Assembly (NCBI GenBank): GCA_964619725.1
Contig: CAZUFC010000008.1
Span: forward strand, 32,001 to 96,000
Length of the DNA stretch: 64,000 bases
From: an uncultured bacterium
GTDB lineage: Bacteria; CSSED10-310; CAZUFC01
Direction: 5' to 3'
In this document: piece by piece, positions 10,289 to 19,004 of the stretch
Layout of the letters: every line of letters starts with the position of its first letter
Position numbering within the stretch: the stretch's first letter is position 1
Position numbers and translations under genes: made by a program
Notes under the pieces: generated by a model
Seen by the model: the letters and a program-made list of their open reading frames with translations, nothing else
The model's database searches: none
What the model was told of the DNA's origin: nothing

Positions 10289-10773
10289 ATCATGGACGAT
10301 TATGGTGGGGTTGCATTGGGTATGGGTTTTATTACAAAAGGGACCAAGGGACCAAGGGACGTAAGGGACCCAAGGGACCTAAAGGACGTAAGGGACTAAT
10401 GGAATATTGAATCATTTTTAGAAGTAAAGACCTGCATCTGAAAATTAACCGTCTTAAAAAAGAAACGGAATTTCGGGACTGATCAAACCGGACTTGCACT
10501 TCTTGCAAAACTTTTGACGGTTTGTTCCAGTAATCGGGGTCGGTATCGCAATCGCTGATGGTATATTCTGTCGAATTAACCTACAAAGATGCATTTTTGA
10601 TCAATGCCCGCATTTCGTTTAATCCTTTTGAAGGGCGCTTAATCGTCCGGGTTATTGTTTTACTGCGCTCCTTCAGAGCTCGGAGTTTTTATGATCCGGA
10701 CCCAGGGTTGCGCTCCGCTCCGCTTCGCTTAACCCTGGGCTTTCGTACTTCGCTCCTTCGGAGCTTCAGAAAT
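10289..10773 (+). repeat. Modular dispersed repeat, full copy 1 (about 480 bp)
   Basis: Near-identical to 17398-17880. Contains the GGGAC tandem (10340-10396), a core, ATCG hexamers and a triple-palindrome module. Confidence 0.95.
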
Positions 10774-10818
10774 ATCGGCTAACATAATATTATCGGAGGA
10801 GGAAAAGTTGATTCGCTA

Positions 10819-11175
10819 TTATTGCTTTCCGGCAAAGCGGACCTGATTTTCGGTAACTACAGCGAATGTTCCCCTCAATCTATCCGAATATTTTTTCAGA
10901 AGAATGGAAAGAGCTCTGATTTTCGAGGGCGGTCTTTCATCTTCCAGGCGGAGCAGGATAACGCCTTTGTGAGGACGGCCATCTCTATAAACCTTATCCC
11001 CGAAGTCTTTATCATTAGTGATCAGAATCCAGTTTTCTTCATACGCCTTTCGGATAATAGCTTCATCGTTTATTCCGCGGGCTTCATCGAATACGGAAAA
11101 GACCTCATAAGATTGTTCTTTAAGCCATTCAGCTACAGCAGGACCCGTGCATTCATCGACAATGAATCTCATCAC
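10819..11175 (-). CDS. DUF5615 PIN-like toxin (VapC45-like)
   Basis: RFIVDEC, DEAII and ILITNDKDFG motifs; overlaps the upstream DUF433 gene. Confidence 0.88.
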   Translation of the reverse strand: MMRFIVDECTGPAVAEWLKEQSYEVFSVFDEARGINDEAIIRKAYEENWILITNDKDFGDKVYRDGRPHKGVILLRLEDERPPSKIRALSILLKKYSDRLRGTFAVVTENQVRFAGKQ

Positions 11176-11420
11176 GCTGATTCAACAGCCAAAGGCATAA
11201 AATCGGCATTCCTGATGGAATTTGCGGCAAAGAGCAAACAAGCCTGGATGTCTTCCGATTTTAATGAGTTATATTCTTCCAGTATTTCACTCTCTGTCGC
11301 CCCGTGGGCCATTAAGTTGAGAATGAAATCGACTGTCAAACGCGTCCCGCGTATTACAGGCTTTCCGGCCATAAGTTTCGGATTCAGCGTGATGCGTTGA
11401 AGCAATTGATCATCTTTCAT
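11172..11420 (-). CDS. DUF433 antitoxin
   Basis: RITLNPKLMAGKPVIRGTRLTV...EDIQACLLFA. Confidence 0.92.
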   Translation of the reverse strand: MKDDQLLQRITLNPKLMAGKPVIRGTRLTVDFILNLMAHGATESEILEEYNSLKSEDIQACLLFAANSIRNADFMPLAVESA

Positions 11421-11541
11421 ATGATCTTCCTCCGATCGTCAAATTATCAGATGAGTTTGACGCAGTCAATTATCAGTCCATTTTTGAAGCAGATTTTTTT
11501 TTGCCTGGAGGCTTAAATGCAAAAAGCAGTCTGTTTGATAA

Positions 11542-11826
11542 TACGGTCCCTGTTTCTGTCAGGTAATCGATGCCTGGGGGTGCAGCGCAACATGCGGTGA
11601 AGGCATAAACGTGACGGTGCATGATGTTCCGTCAGTCACCGTTTTCGTCGGAGATGAACCCACTCCCACGAATTCGCCCGAATCGACCTACACGCCCACA
11701 ACGCCGCTTACCGCAACTTCGTCCCAAACGCCGCTTCCTCCGGTGATTCCGGCAGCGGGTCGTATCGGTATTATCCTGCTGATCTTTGGTTTCGGCGTCA
11801 TTTTGTTTAGAAGAACTAAATCCTGA
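11542..11826 (+). pseudogene. Orphan C-terminal fragment of a surface protein (Thr/Pro linker plus IPTL-CTERM-like anchor)
   Basis: Frame opens after TAA at 11539 with no signal peptide. Ends PVIPAAGRIGIILLIFGFGVILFRRTKS. Confidence 0.65.
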
Positions 11827-11881
11827 TGAGGGTTCATAAAAACAGCCTTAATTGGAACCATAACCGCCTTCCAATAGGAAA

Positions 11882-11904
11882 GTAGAAGCGGCATCCTGCC
11901 GCTT
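11882..11904 (+). repeat. GTAG-type REP-like hairpin
   Basis: GTAG followed by AAGCGGCA-TCC-TGCCGCTT, a perfect 8-bp stem. A similar hairpin, GCAGGCT-TCC-AGCCTGC, lies at 12601-12617. Confidence 0.6.
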
Positions 11905-11919
11905 TCCGATGCGCTTTCA

Positions 11920-12224
11920 ATGACCGATGACGAGGATATGACTCAGCAACATGAATGTAAATCTTTATGTTGTTATGTCAATAAAACTCCTGTTCCTCTG
12001 GATGAAGCCCCGACTTTGCTCGAGGCTATTATGATTCTAGGAAGGCTTGGAGGTCACATCGGCAGAAAGAGTGACGGATTCCCGAGAACGCAAACGCTTT
12101 GTAGGGGAATTCAACGCCTGGAAACCATGACTGAAATGTTCGTCATACTTAAGAAACGCATTGATCCGCATCCGATGCAATCAGGTCCCTAATCTCCATG
12201 GTGTCATGTGTGTATAAAGGTCAG
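11920..12224 (+). mobile_element. IS4 family (IS50/Tn5-like) remnant: C-terminal transposase fragment plus right terminal repeat
   Basis: PTLLEAIMILGRLGGHIGRKSDGFP..QTLCRG matches the Tn5-type dimerisation domain. The reverse complement of 12209-12224 is CTGACCTTTATACACA, resembling the Tn5 end CTGACTCTTATACACA. Confidence 0.8.
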
Positions 12225-12303
12225 GGCATGAGGATGTAACCTGTCAGTAGTGTGTTGCAAGATTTATTTTTCGGATACGATTTTCGTTGAAAAGATTTCG
12301 ATA

Positions 12304-12443
12304 GCGCTTTATCGTCCGGCTTATTGTTTTACTGCGCTCCTTCAGAGCTCGGAGTTTTTATGATCCGGACCCAGGGTTGCGCTCCGCTCCGCTTCGCTTA
12401 ACCCTGGGCTTTCGTAAATCGCTCCTTCGGAGCTTCAGAAATA
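12304..12443 (+). repeat. Stand-alone triple-palindrome module of the dispersed repeat
   Basis: Nearly identical to 10635-10773: gctccttcagagc / cccagggtt..aaccctggg / gctccttcggagc. Confidence 0.92.
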
Positions 12444-12782
12444 GAGGTTTAACCGGCCAACAAAATTCCACAGAACTCGGACAATATGAAAAAGCCGCAT
12501 AAAAAAGTAAAGCCGGCTGCAAGGGTTTACGGTAAAAACATAATGAACCTCGGCAGGGCTTTGAAAGTCATGGTTTGCATTAGAGTTCAGTTTTGCTTAA
12601 GCAGGCTTCCAGCCTGCCTTCGCATAGTATAGTAACGCATGGGGTCAGAGCCTGCCGGGATGTCTTGGAGACAGAAGATTCATCATCTTCGAAAAGATAC
12701 TGTATTACACGAACGATAGTCCCCAAAGGCTTCATTAACAATGAAGCCGAAATAACTAATATGAAAAAGAGGCTTTACGGAA

Positions 12783-12902
12783 TGATCAAAATAGCTCTTT
12801 TGAGGTTACAGTTCGATAGAATATCCCATCATTTTGTTTCGATTGCGATTGCGACCCCGACCCCGATACCGATTGCGATTGCGACCCCGACCCCGATTAC
12901 TG
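12783..12902 (-). repeat. Partial inverted repeat copy with expanded hexamers (cgattg/cgaccc)
   Basis: tgatcaaaa..cttttgaggtta...atatcccatcat, then two tandem copies of cgattgcgattgcgaccccgaccccgat. Confidence 0.8.
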
Positions 12903-13003
12903 ATGAGGGATATTTTTGCAATAAGACATTTTTTCCTGCAAAAAAAAATAAACGATGCTAAAATACGACAACGAAAAACCAGCAGTCGTCAGGAGATGAA
13001 AAG

Positions 13004-16000
13004 ATGGATTGCAAACAAACATTTCCGGGCAATAATCCGATGGAACCAATAAAAGCATACCGAATCCGCATCCCCGCCGAACGAGGCAAACTGGTTGAAT
13101 GTTCATTATACGGCGGTCCGGCTGAACACTGGCGATATATGAAAAGCGCCGGGGCATTCGATTCCGGGTCGTATGAATCCGCTTTGTCTGAAGCTTTAGA
13201 CGGCGTGAAGGATGGTGAGAACAGACTGCTTTTGAGTATCGGTCATCCGGACGCAGAGACCCGGGTCCTTTACAGCCGGGAATTGATAGCCGATTTGTGG
13301 AGGGCTGACCGGGGATTGGGTCCTTATCCTTTGCTTGAGTTGTTGGGCGATTATGAACGTGACGGCGTTTATTATTATAAATACCGGGAGCATCTGGCTC
13401 ATCAGGTCCGCGTCTGGCTGCTGGGATTGTATCTTCTGCACCGGGTGGACGTTATTCGCTGGGCTCTTCTGAAAGAGATAAAAGAGGATTTGAACAGGGG
13501 TGAAGCCCTGACCAAACTACAGTTAAATTCGGAAATGCTGCGGCGATGGAAGATTGCAGCTTTATGGCATGATATCGGGTATGTATTTGAAGTGCAGAAT
13601 TCCGGAGAAGCTGCAGAATTGATTAAAAAGAGTCTCAATGCGCTTAATAATACTTATTCTGCACCCATATCAGAGCTGACGGCCGGAAATTCATGCGGAA
13701 TTTCGCTGGAACTGGAAAGGGAGATTCAAAACCAGGCTGAATATGGATTCCCATCCTGGAAATATTTGAGCAACTTCGATGCGCTGGTTTCGGGTCGTCA
13801 TCGTAAACTTTGGTCCAAATTTAAACGGGAAGGTTCCGGGGCATGCCTGGTCGGAGATGCCGATCCGTCAGGCGGATTAAAGGTTTATTTTGAGATGTGT
13901 CGAAATAAGTCCTTCAGTAAAACGGCCGGAATGCGACCCGGGTTCATCGATCACGGAATAGCCGGCGCTTTGACGCTTCTGCGTATCCATGAATTCATGC
14001 AGCATTATGTTAAGGCTCTTCATGAATTCCTGATGGAGGAACCGGAGCTGAGCGACGAAAATCAAAAGAAGGAAGCAGAAGGGATACTGCAGGCGACAAA
14101 CAGCGCCGTCAAAACAGTGAGGGCTGCCGCTGGAGCGATAGCGCTGCACAATATCCATCCGGGTTTGCCTGAACCGAATACTGCTGCGACCGTGGGGCTG
14201 ACCCTGAATAAATATAAAATCCGCCTGACGGAAAAAAACGATCGTCCCGGCACGGCTCTGGCTTACCTGCTGGGCCTCTCGGACGGACTGCAGGAATGGG
14301 ACCGGCCGCATTTCAGACTGGTGCGGGATAAACGTGACCTGACGCTGATCGACCAGCATATTGAAGTCACCGCGGATGACCGTGCGGTTTACCTTCAGTA
14401 CTTCACGGGTGACGATTCGTTCGACGATTATAAAAAAGCGCGGGAAAACCTGGGACAATACCTGGACCGCATCAGAGGCGATAACGCCCTGCTTCGAGAG
14501 GGAAGAATTGAACGTCTGGCGAACGACCTGCCGGAAGAGGCGCAGCCTGCCGCGGTTGCGCGTCTGGACGATTACGACCTCGAACCATACCTGAAAATCA
14601 TCCTGCGCGAATGCGGAACCATAACCCTCCGGGGAATCATGGCCGCGGGAAAATCGCGTGAGGCGCTGGAAATACCTATCCAGGATATTTATGCTCCTTT
14701 GCGGATAGAAGGCGGCGGCACGGATGAACAGATGTGGCGGCTCATAGCGGGTGTGAAAGATGACGTGAGAGAACACAAGGGCCGGACTGAATTGATGCGG
14801 ACGGCGGAACCAATTGAAGATGAAGGCGGAGACGATGATGATAATGATACGAAACGCCAGGGATTGTTGCTCATCGGCGATCCGGATTCCGGCAAGAGCA
14901 CCTTTTTACGCCTGACGGCCGCAGTGATCGCCCGTGCCTTAATGAAAAAAACAGGCGCAGAGGAACACCCCGCAGTAAAAATCTTAAGCGGCGATAACGA
15001 CAAGCTCCCGCTGCCGCTTTACCTTCGCCTTTCCGAATTCGTTACCTTCATGCGGGATAATCAGGGAATCGCCGTTCCCGGAAGCCCCGGATGGTTGGAG
15101 GAATATTTACGTCAATGGCATGAGCAATTCGGTTCGGGAATAGCCTGGGAAGCTTTCAGGAAAAAAATGGAAGAGGGCGGCGTTCTCCTTCTGCTGGACG
15201 GACTGGATGAGATACCCGGCTCTGTAGAAAGACAAAAGGCGGCAGCAGCGCTGAAATCGGCCCTGTCGGAAAATAAATATGGAAAATGCCGCGTATGCAT
15301 CGCCAGCCGTCCGATGAATGAATATGATCTCGATCTGCCGCTCGCATCAAGGAAACTTGACGGGTTGAGCGACCGCGCCATAGAGGAATTTTTGAAATGC
15401 TGGGGTTCCAAAGTTACGCTGGATGAAGCCGGACGTTTCACGACCCCCGAAGAATACACGGAGGACCTCATGGGAGCGGCTAAAAAAGCCGACGTCGCCA
15501 TCCGGCGAATGCTGCGGAATCCGCTGATGCTGACCTGCCTGGCCGTCATACACTGGAATGAACGGCGTCTGCCGCAGCAACGGGCTGAGCTGTTCGATGC
15601 CGTCATCGCCTGGTTGTTGCGTGCCCGCAGACCCATAGAGGCCGGAATGCCGCAGTTGAGCGAACATGAAGCGCGACGAGCGTATCAACTGCTGGCGATA
15701 GCCATGCAGATGCATCCCGGCGGCAGAATACGTGAAATAGACCTGGTTGAAGCTGCTGAGAAAATCGCTGAATGTTTCAAAGGTGATAACGATGAGATTA
15801 AGCGTTTCAAAGCATGCCGTTTTCTTGAAGCAGAGGTCATCAATACAGGCATAGTCACCATGAGAGGCGATAAGCGGATATCGTTCTGGCACCTGTCGTT
15901 CCAGGAATTTCTGGCTGCGGATTATCTGTGCGAAGCTCCTGATAAAATGTGGAAAGAAATATTAAACCAAAAACGTCTATTCGAAAGGGAACAGCGCGAA

Positions 16001-17068
16001 GTCGTTCTACTCCTGGGCGGTCTGATGAAAGGGGGACCCAGAACAAACGAATTGCTGAGACATATCCTCCAGACCCCAAAAAGTGGAAAACTCGCTGATA
16101 AAGCCCGGGAATACGGATTGGCCGGAGCGGTGATCGAGGACGTCAAACCCTACGGTTTCAAACCCGATGCGAAACTCGACATTGAAGGATTGAAACAGGA
16201 TGTTATGCAAATTTTTACCGTCGAAGCCGCCGGCATCCCATTAAAAACAAGGGTTGAAGCTGCTGAAGCCCTCGGTCAGACCGGCGATCCGAGACTCAAG
16301 GAAGATAACTGGGTTGAGATCGAAGAAGGAGGGTTCTGGATGGCGAAATACCCGGTCACGGTGCAGGAATATGAAGCATTCGTGGAAGACGGCGGTTACG
16401 ATCCGGACGGATTCGGGAAAAAATGGCTGCCGGAATGGAAAAAGGCCTTTGATCAATTTCTGGCGTATGAAAAACTGAGAGAAAGATATTCATGGATAAA
16501 GGATGACGATTTTCAAAGACAAAAGCCCCATGATTGGGAAAAACAACTGCTTTATTACAACCGCCCCGTTGTTGATATTACCTGGTTTGAAGCCATGGCT
16601 TATTGTCGGTGGTTTACGGAAAAACAGAAGGACGGATGGAAATACACTCTTCCTGACGAAAAACAATGGGAAAAAGCGGCGATGGGAAAGAAAGGCCGGG
16701 GCCGTTATCCCTGGGGGGACGATCCTCCGGGTGAGGGCGATCAGGCCAGGGCGAACTATGACGGCGCCGGTATAGGCCATCCGTCGCCTGTCGGTCTGTT
16801 TCCGACCGGAACCTCCAAATGGGGCGAAAAAGGAGAATTATTCGATATGTCGGGAAACGTCTGGGAATGGTGTGTCGACACATTGTCAGAAAGTGGCTAC
16901 AAGTCTGTCGGCGGTTCTTACCGGCCGTTGCGGGGCGGCTCGTATTGGAACGACGCCGACAACGTTGAGGTGCGTAACCGTAACAGGAACGTCGCCGTAA
17001 ATCGTAACGACAACAACGGTTTTCGTCTTTGCTGCGTATCCGTCCCCGCCCAACACGCAAAACGATGA
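13004..17068 (+). CDS. HD-domain / NACHT NTPase / FGE-sulfatase (CLec-fold) multidomain protein; putative DGR target
   Basis: HD-like: YREHLAHQ, LWHDIGY, DHGIAG, ALHN, DGLQEWDR. NACHT: GDPDSGKST, LLLLDGLDE, NPLMLT, FWHLSFQEFLAA. FGE: MAKYPVTVQEY, PVVDITWFEAMAYCRW, LPDEKQWEKAA, YPWG, DMSGNVWEW, RGGS..GFR. Confidence 0.9.
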   Translation: MDCKQTFPGNNPMEPIKAYRIRIPAERGKLVECSLYGGPAEHWRYMKSAGAFDSGSYESALSEALDGVKDGENRLLLSIGHPDAETRVLYSRELIADLWRADRGLGPYPLLELLGDYERDGVYYYKYREHLAHQVRVWLLGLYLLHRVDVIRWALLKEIKEDLNRGEALTKLQLNSEMLRRWKIAALWHDIGYVFEVQNSGEAAELIKKSLNALNNTYSAPISELTAGNSCGISLELEREIQNQAEYGFPSWKYLSNFDALVSGRHRKLWSKFKREGSGACLVGDADPSGGLKVYFEMCRNKSFSKTAGMRPGFIDHGIAGALTLLRIHEFMQHYVKALHEFLMEEPELSDENQKKEAEGILQATNSAVKTVRAAAGAIALHNIHPGLPEPNTAATVGLTLNKYKIRLTEKNDRPGTALAYLLGLSDGLQEWDRPHFRLVRDKRDLTLIDQHIEVTADDRAVYLQYFTGDDSFDDYKKARENLGQYLDRIRGDNALLREGRIERLANDLPEEAQPAAVARLDDYDLEPYLKIILRECGTITLRGIMAAGKSREALEIPIQDIYAPLRIEGGGTDEQMWRLIAGVKDDVREHKGRTELMRTAEPIEDEGGDDDDNDTKRQGLLLIGDPDSGKSTFLRLTAAVIARALMKKTGAEEHPAVKILSGDNDKLPLPLYLRLSEFVTFMRDNQGIAVPGSPGWLEEYLRQWHEQFGSGIAWEAFRKKMEEGGVLLLLDGLDEIPGSVERQKAAAALKSALSENKYGKCRVCIASRPMNEYDLDLPLASRKLDGLSDRAIEEFLKCWGSKVTLDEAGRFTTPEEYTEDLMGAAKKADVAIRRMLRNPLMLTCLAVIHWNERRLPQQRAELFDAVIAWLLRARRPIEAGMPQLSEHEARRAYQLLAIAMQMHPGGRIREIDLVEAAEKIAECFKGDNDEIKRFKACRFLEAEVINTGIVTMRGDKRISFWHLSFQEFLAADYLCEAPDKMWKEILNQKRLFEREQREVVLLLGGLMKGGPRTNELLRHILQTPKSGKLADKAREYGLAGAVIEDVKPYGFKPDAKLDIEGLKQDVMQIFTVEAAGIPLKTRVEAAEALGQTGDPRLKEDNWVEIEEGGFWMAKYPVTVQEYEAFVEDGGYDPDGFGKKWLPEWKKAFDQFLAYEKLRERYSWIKDDDFQRQKPHDWEKQLLYYNRPVVDITWFEAMAYCRWFTEKQKDGWKYTLPDEKQWEKAAMGKKGRGRYPWGDDPPGEGDQARANYDGAGIGHPSPVGLFPTGTSKWGEKGELFDMSGNVWEWCVDTLSESGYKSVGGSYRPLRGGSYWNDADNVEVRNRNRNVAVNRNDNNGFRLCCVSVPAQHAKR
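16909..17058 (+). other. DGR template-repeat-like / variable-region tract inside the 3' end of the target gene
   Basis: Encodes WNDADNVEVRNRNRNVAVNRNDNNGFR, with 9 Asn (8 AAC and 1 AAT) between the conserved FGE residues, and lies directly upstream of the RT gene. Confidence 0.75.
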
Positions 17069-17199
17069 TTGAAACGTTAATCGATTTTCCGTGCAGGCTG
17101 CGTCCTGGCCGGGTTATTGTCCGGTTAAAGCATTACAGCCTGTCCGTTCCGGTAGGAAATATCCGAACGTCCGGACAGGCTTTTCCATTATTGTAACAA
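17069..17199 (+). ncRNA. Putative DGR TR-to-RT spacer RNA (structured)
   Basis: Perfect 10-bp stem AGCCTGTCCG (17137-17146) / CGGACAGGCT (17172-17181) enclosing ccggtagg..ccgaacg. Its position matches the DGR spacer. Confidence 0.55.
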
Positions 17200-17400
17200 G
17201 TGAAGACGTTCAATAACATTTTTGAAAAAATCGTCGCTTTTGAAAATATATGGAACGCCTGGAGGAAGGCCAGGAGGAGAAAAAGACGCACGCATCCTGC
17301 TGCATTATTCGAATTTAATGCTGAACATAACATTGAAAGAATCCGTCGCCGGTTGAAAAATGGAACTTACAGGCCGGATCGCTACAGGATGATTAAGATC
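17200..17400 (+). pseudogene. 5' fragment of a DGR-type reverse transcriptase, truncated by the dispersed repeat
   Basis: MKTFNNIFEKIVAFENIWNAWRKARRRKR...FEFNAEHNIERIRRRLKNGTYRPDRYRMIKI is a DGR-RT-like N-terminus. Repeat sequence starts at 17398 and no YxDD core is present. Confidence 0.85.
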
Positions 17401-17880
17401 ATGGACGATTATGGTGGGATTGCATTGGGTATGGGTTTTATTACAAAAGGGACCAAGGGACCAAGGGACGTAAGGGACCCAAGGGACCTAAAGGACGTAA
17501 GGGACTAATGGAATATTGAATCATTTTTAGAAGTAAAGACCTGCATCTGAAAATTAACCGTCTTAAAAAAGAAACGGAATTTCGGGACTGATCAAACCGG
17601 ACTTGCACCTTGCAAAACTTTTGACGGTTTGTTCCAGTAATCGGTATCGCAATCGCAATCGAAATGATGGGGTATTCTGTCGAATTAACCTCAAAAGATG
17701 CATTTTTGATCAATGCCCGCATTTCGTTTAACCGTTTTGAAGGGCGCTTCATCGTTCGGTTCTTTGTTTTACGGCGCTCCTTCAGAGCTTTAATTTTTAT
17801 GATCCTGACCCAGGGTTGCGCTCCGCTTCGCTTCGCTTAACCCTGGGCTTTCGTACTTCGATCCTTCGGAGCTTAAGAAA
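17398..17880 (+). repeat. Modular dispersed repeat, full copy 2
   Basis: Direct repeat of 10289-10773; the first roughly 200 bp are almost identical. Confidence 0.95.
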
Positions 17881-18184
17881 AGTAAGTAAAGAACATTTTC
17901 GGATGAAGAATTTTCACACAACCGATTAATTTTGCCTGATGAATAATATTGCAACCGTAGAACATTTCCGAAAAACCAGGCTTTTATGTTATAGCGATAG
18001 GCGAAGCGGGCCGGCTGTTTCCTGGATGTTGGTTTACCAGCAAAAGCTTGCATGCTGGGGATTTCATGAAGGGGCTAACCCAGTCATTGAATAAGTTTAC
18101 ATTTTTTGCAAAGTTGGGGCGCTTGCGTTATTGTAAAAAGATGAGATGGTCCTTATGATTGATCCTATTTTCCGAATCCAACCG

Positions 18185-18322
18185 AATGGTTTTTAGTACG
18201 GATGAAAGGAAGCCATCGACAGTCAAGCATCCCGATAAAAAAGGTCTGATTAGCGGGGAAATCAGGTGAAGACCTGGCGCCGGGAACACTGAACAGTATT
18301 TTGAAACAAGCGTGATTGAAAA
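18185..18322 (+). pseudogene. hicA: HicA toxin remnant
   Basis: Frameshifted pieces WFLVRMKGSHRQ / KHPDKKGL / GKSGEDLAPGTLNSILKQA*. Confidence 0.75.
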
Positions 18323-18464
18323 GAAGAAATATTTGATTGTGGTTGAAAAAACAGAAAAAGGTTATTCAGCGTTCTGTACGGATTTGGATGGATGCGTTGC
18401 TGCCGGACAAACGCAAGAAGAAGTCGAAAGTTTAATGGGCATTGATCAAAAATGCGTCTTTTGA
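18312..18464 (+). pseudogene. hicB: HicB antitoxin, 3'-truncated by a repeat module
   Basis: KKYLIVVEKTEKGYSAFCTDLDGCVAAGQTQEEVESLM, then repeat sequence from 18437. Confidence 0.78.
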
Positions 18465-18494
18465 GGTTACAATTCTTCAGGATACCCCAACATT
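18437..18494 (-). repeat. Partial inverted repeat copy
   Basis: gggcattgatcaaaaatgc is the exact reverse complement of 10591-10609. Confidence 0.8.
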
Positions 18495-18707
18495 TATAAT
18501 GGACCTAAGAATAGTGATGTTTGCGTTGTGACTATAAGAAAAACAACCCCCCGATTCGCTAATGCTGAGCCTTCGACTTCGTCTTGTCTCAGCATAAGCG
18601 TATCGGTCCCCCCTTTGGTAAGCTCACTTTTATACACGCTTGACACAATAGAGGAATGATTTTCACTTTACACTTCAAATACAATTAGTATCAGATTTTA
18701 GTTCTGC

Positions 18708-19004
18708 TTACGCGGCATCACCTCTTTTAAATTCATTTAGTTCCTTCTGAATACGCTCGGCGATATATATTTTCAGCAAAGACTGATAAGGAACATCCCG
18801 TTTATTCGCCAGAAGCTTCAAATGCTCAATAACGCTTTCAGGCAAACGGATGGATATCGTTTTGGTCGACGGTTTCAATTTCGCCAGGGTCAAAGAGTCA
18901 GCTTTTTTCCAATCAATATATTCAGTTGAATCATGGGTTGCCCAGAATTCATTTTCTTCATTTTCATCTTTAAATTCAGGGATTCTCTTTTTGTTCATTT
19001 TCAA
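18708..19004 (-). CDS. brnA: BrnA/CopG-like antitoxin
   Basis: IPEFKDENEENEFWATHDSTEY...ISIRLP...DVPYQSLLK. Confidence 0.88.
   Translation of the reverse strand: MKMNKKRIPEFKDENEENEFWATHDSTEYIDWKKADSLTLAKLKPSTKTISIRLPESVIEHLKLLANKRDVPYQSLLKIYIAERIQKELNEFKRGDAA

Noticed and set aside
10340-10396. GGGAC tandem (also 8681-8733 and 17449-17505) as a CRISPR array
   Set aside because: Units are 8-9 bp with no unique spacers, and no cas genes were recognised.
17200-17508. 102-aa ORF as a complete gene, or as a group II intron or retron RT
   Set aside because: The last roughly 35 aa are translated repeat DNA. The N-terminus lacks the NKGAxGVDG motif typical of group II intron RTs, and the context fits a DGR.
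8466-18053. Short ORFs 8466..8732, 10558..10782, 12593..12961, 12834..13052, 17441..17752 and 17790..18053
   Set aside because: They overlap repeat modules and translate low-complexity DNA (IAIATPTP, LRSLRSL).
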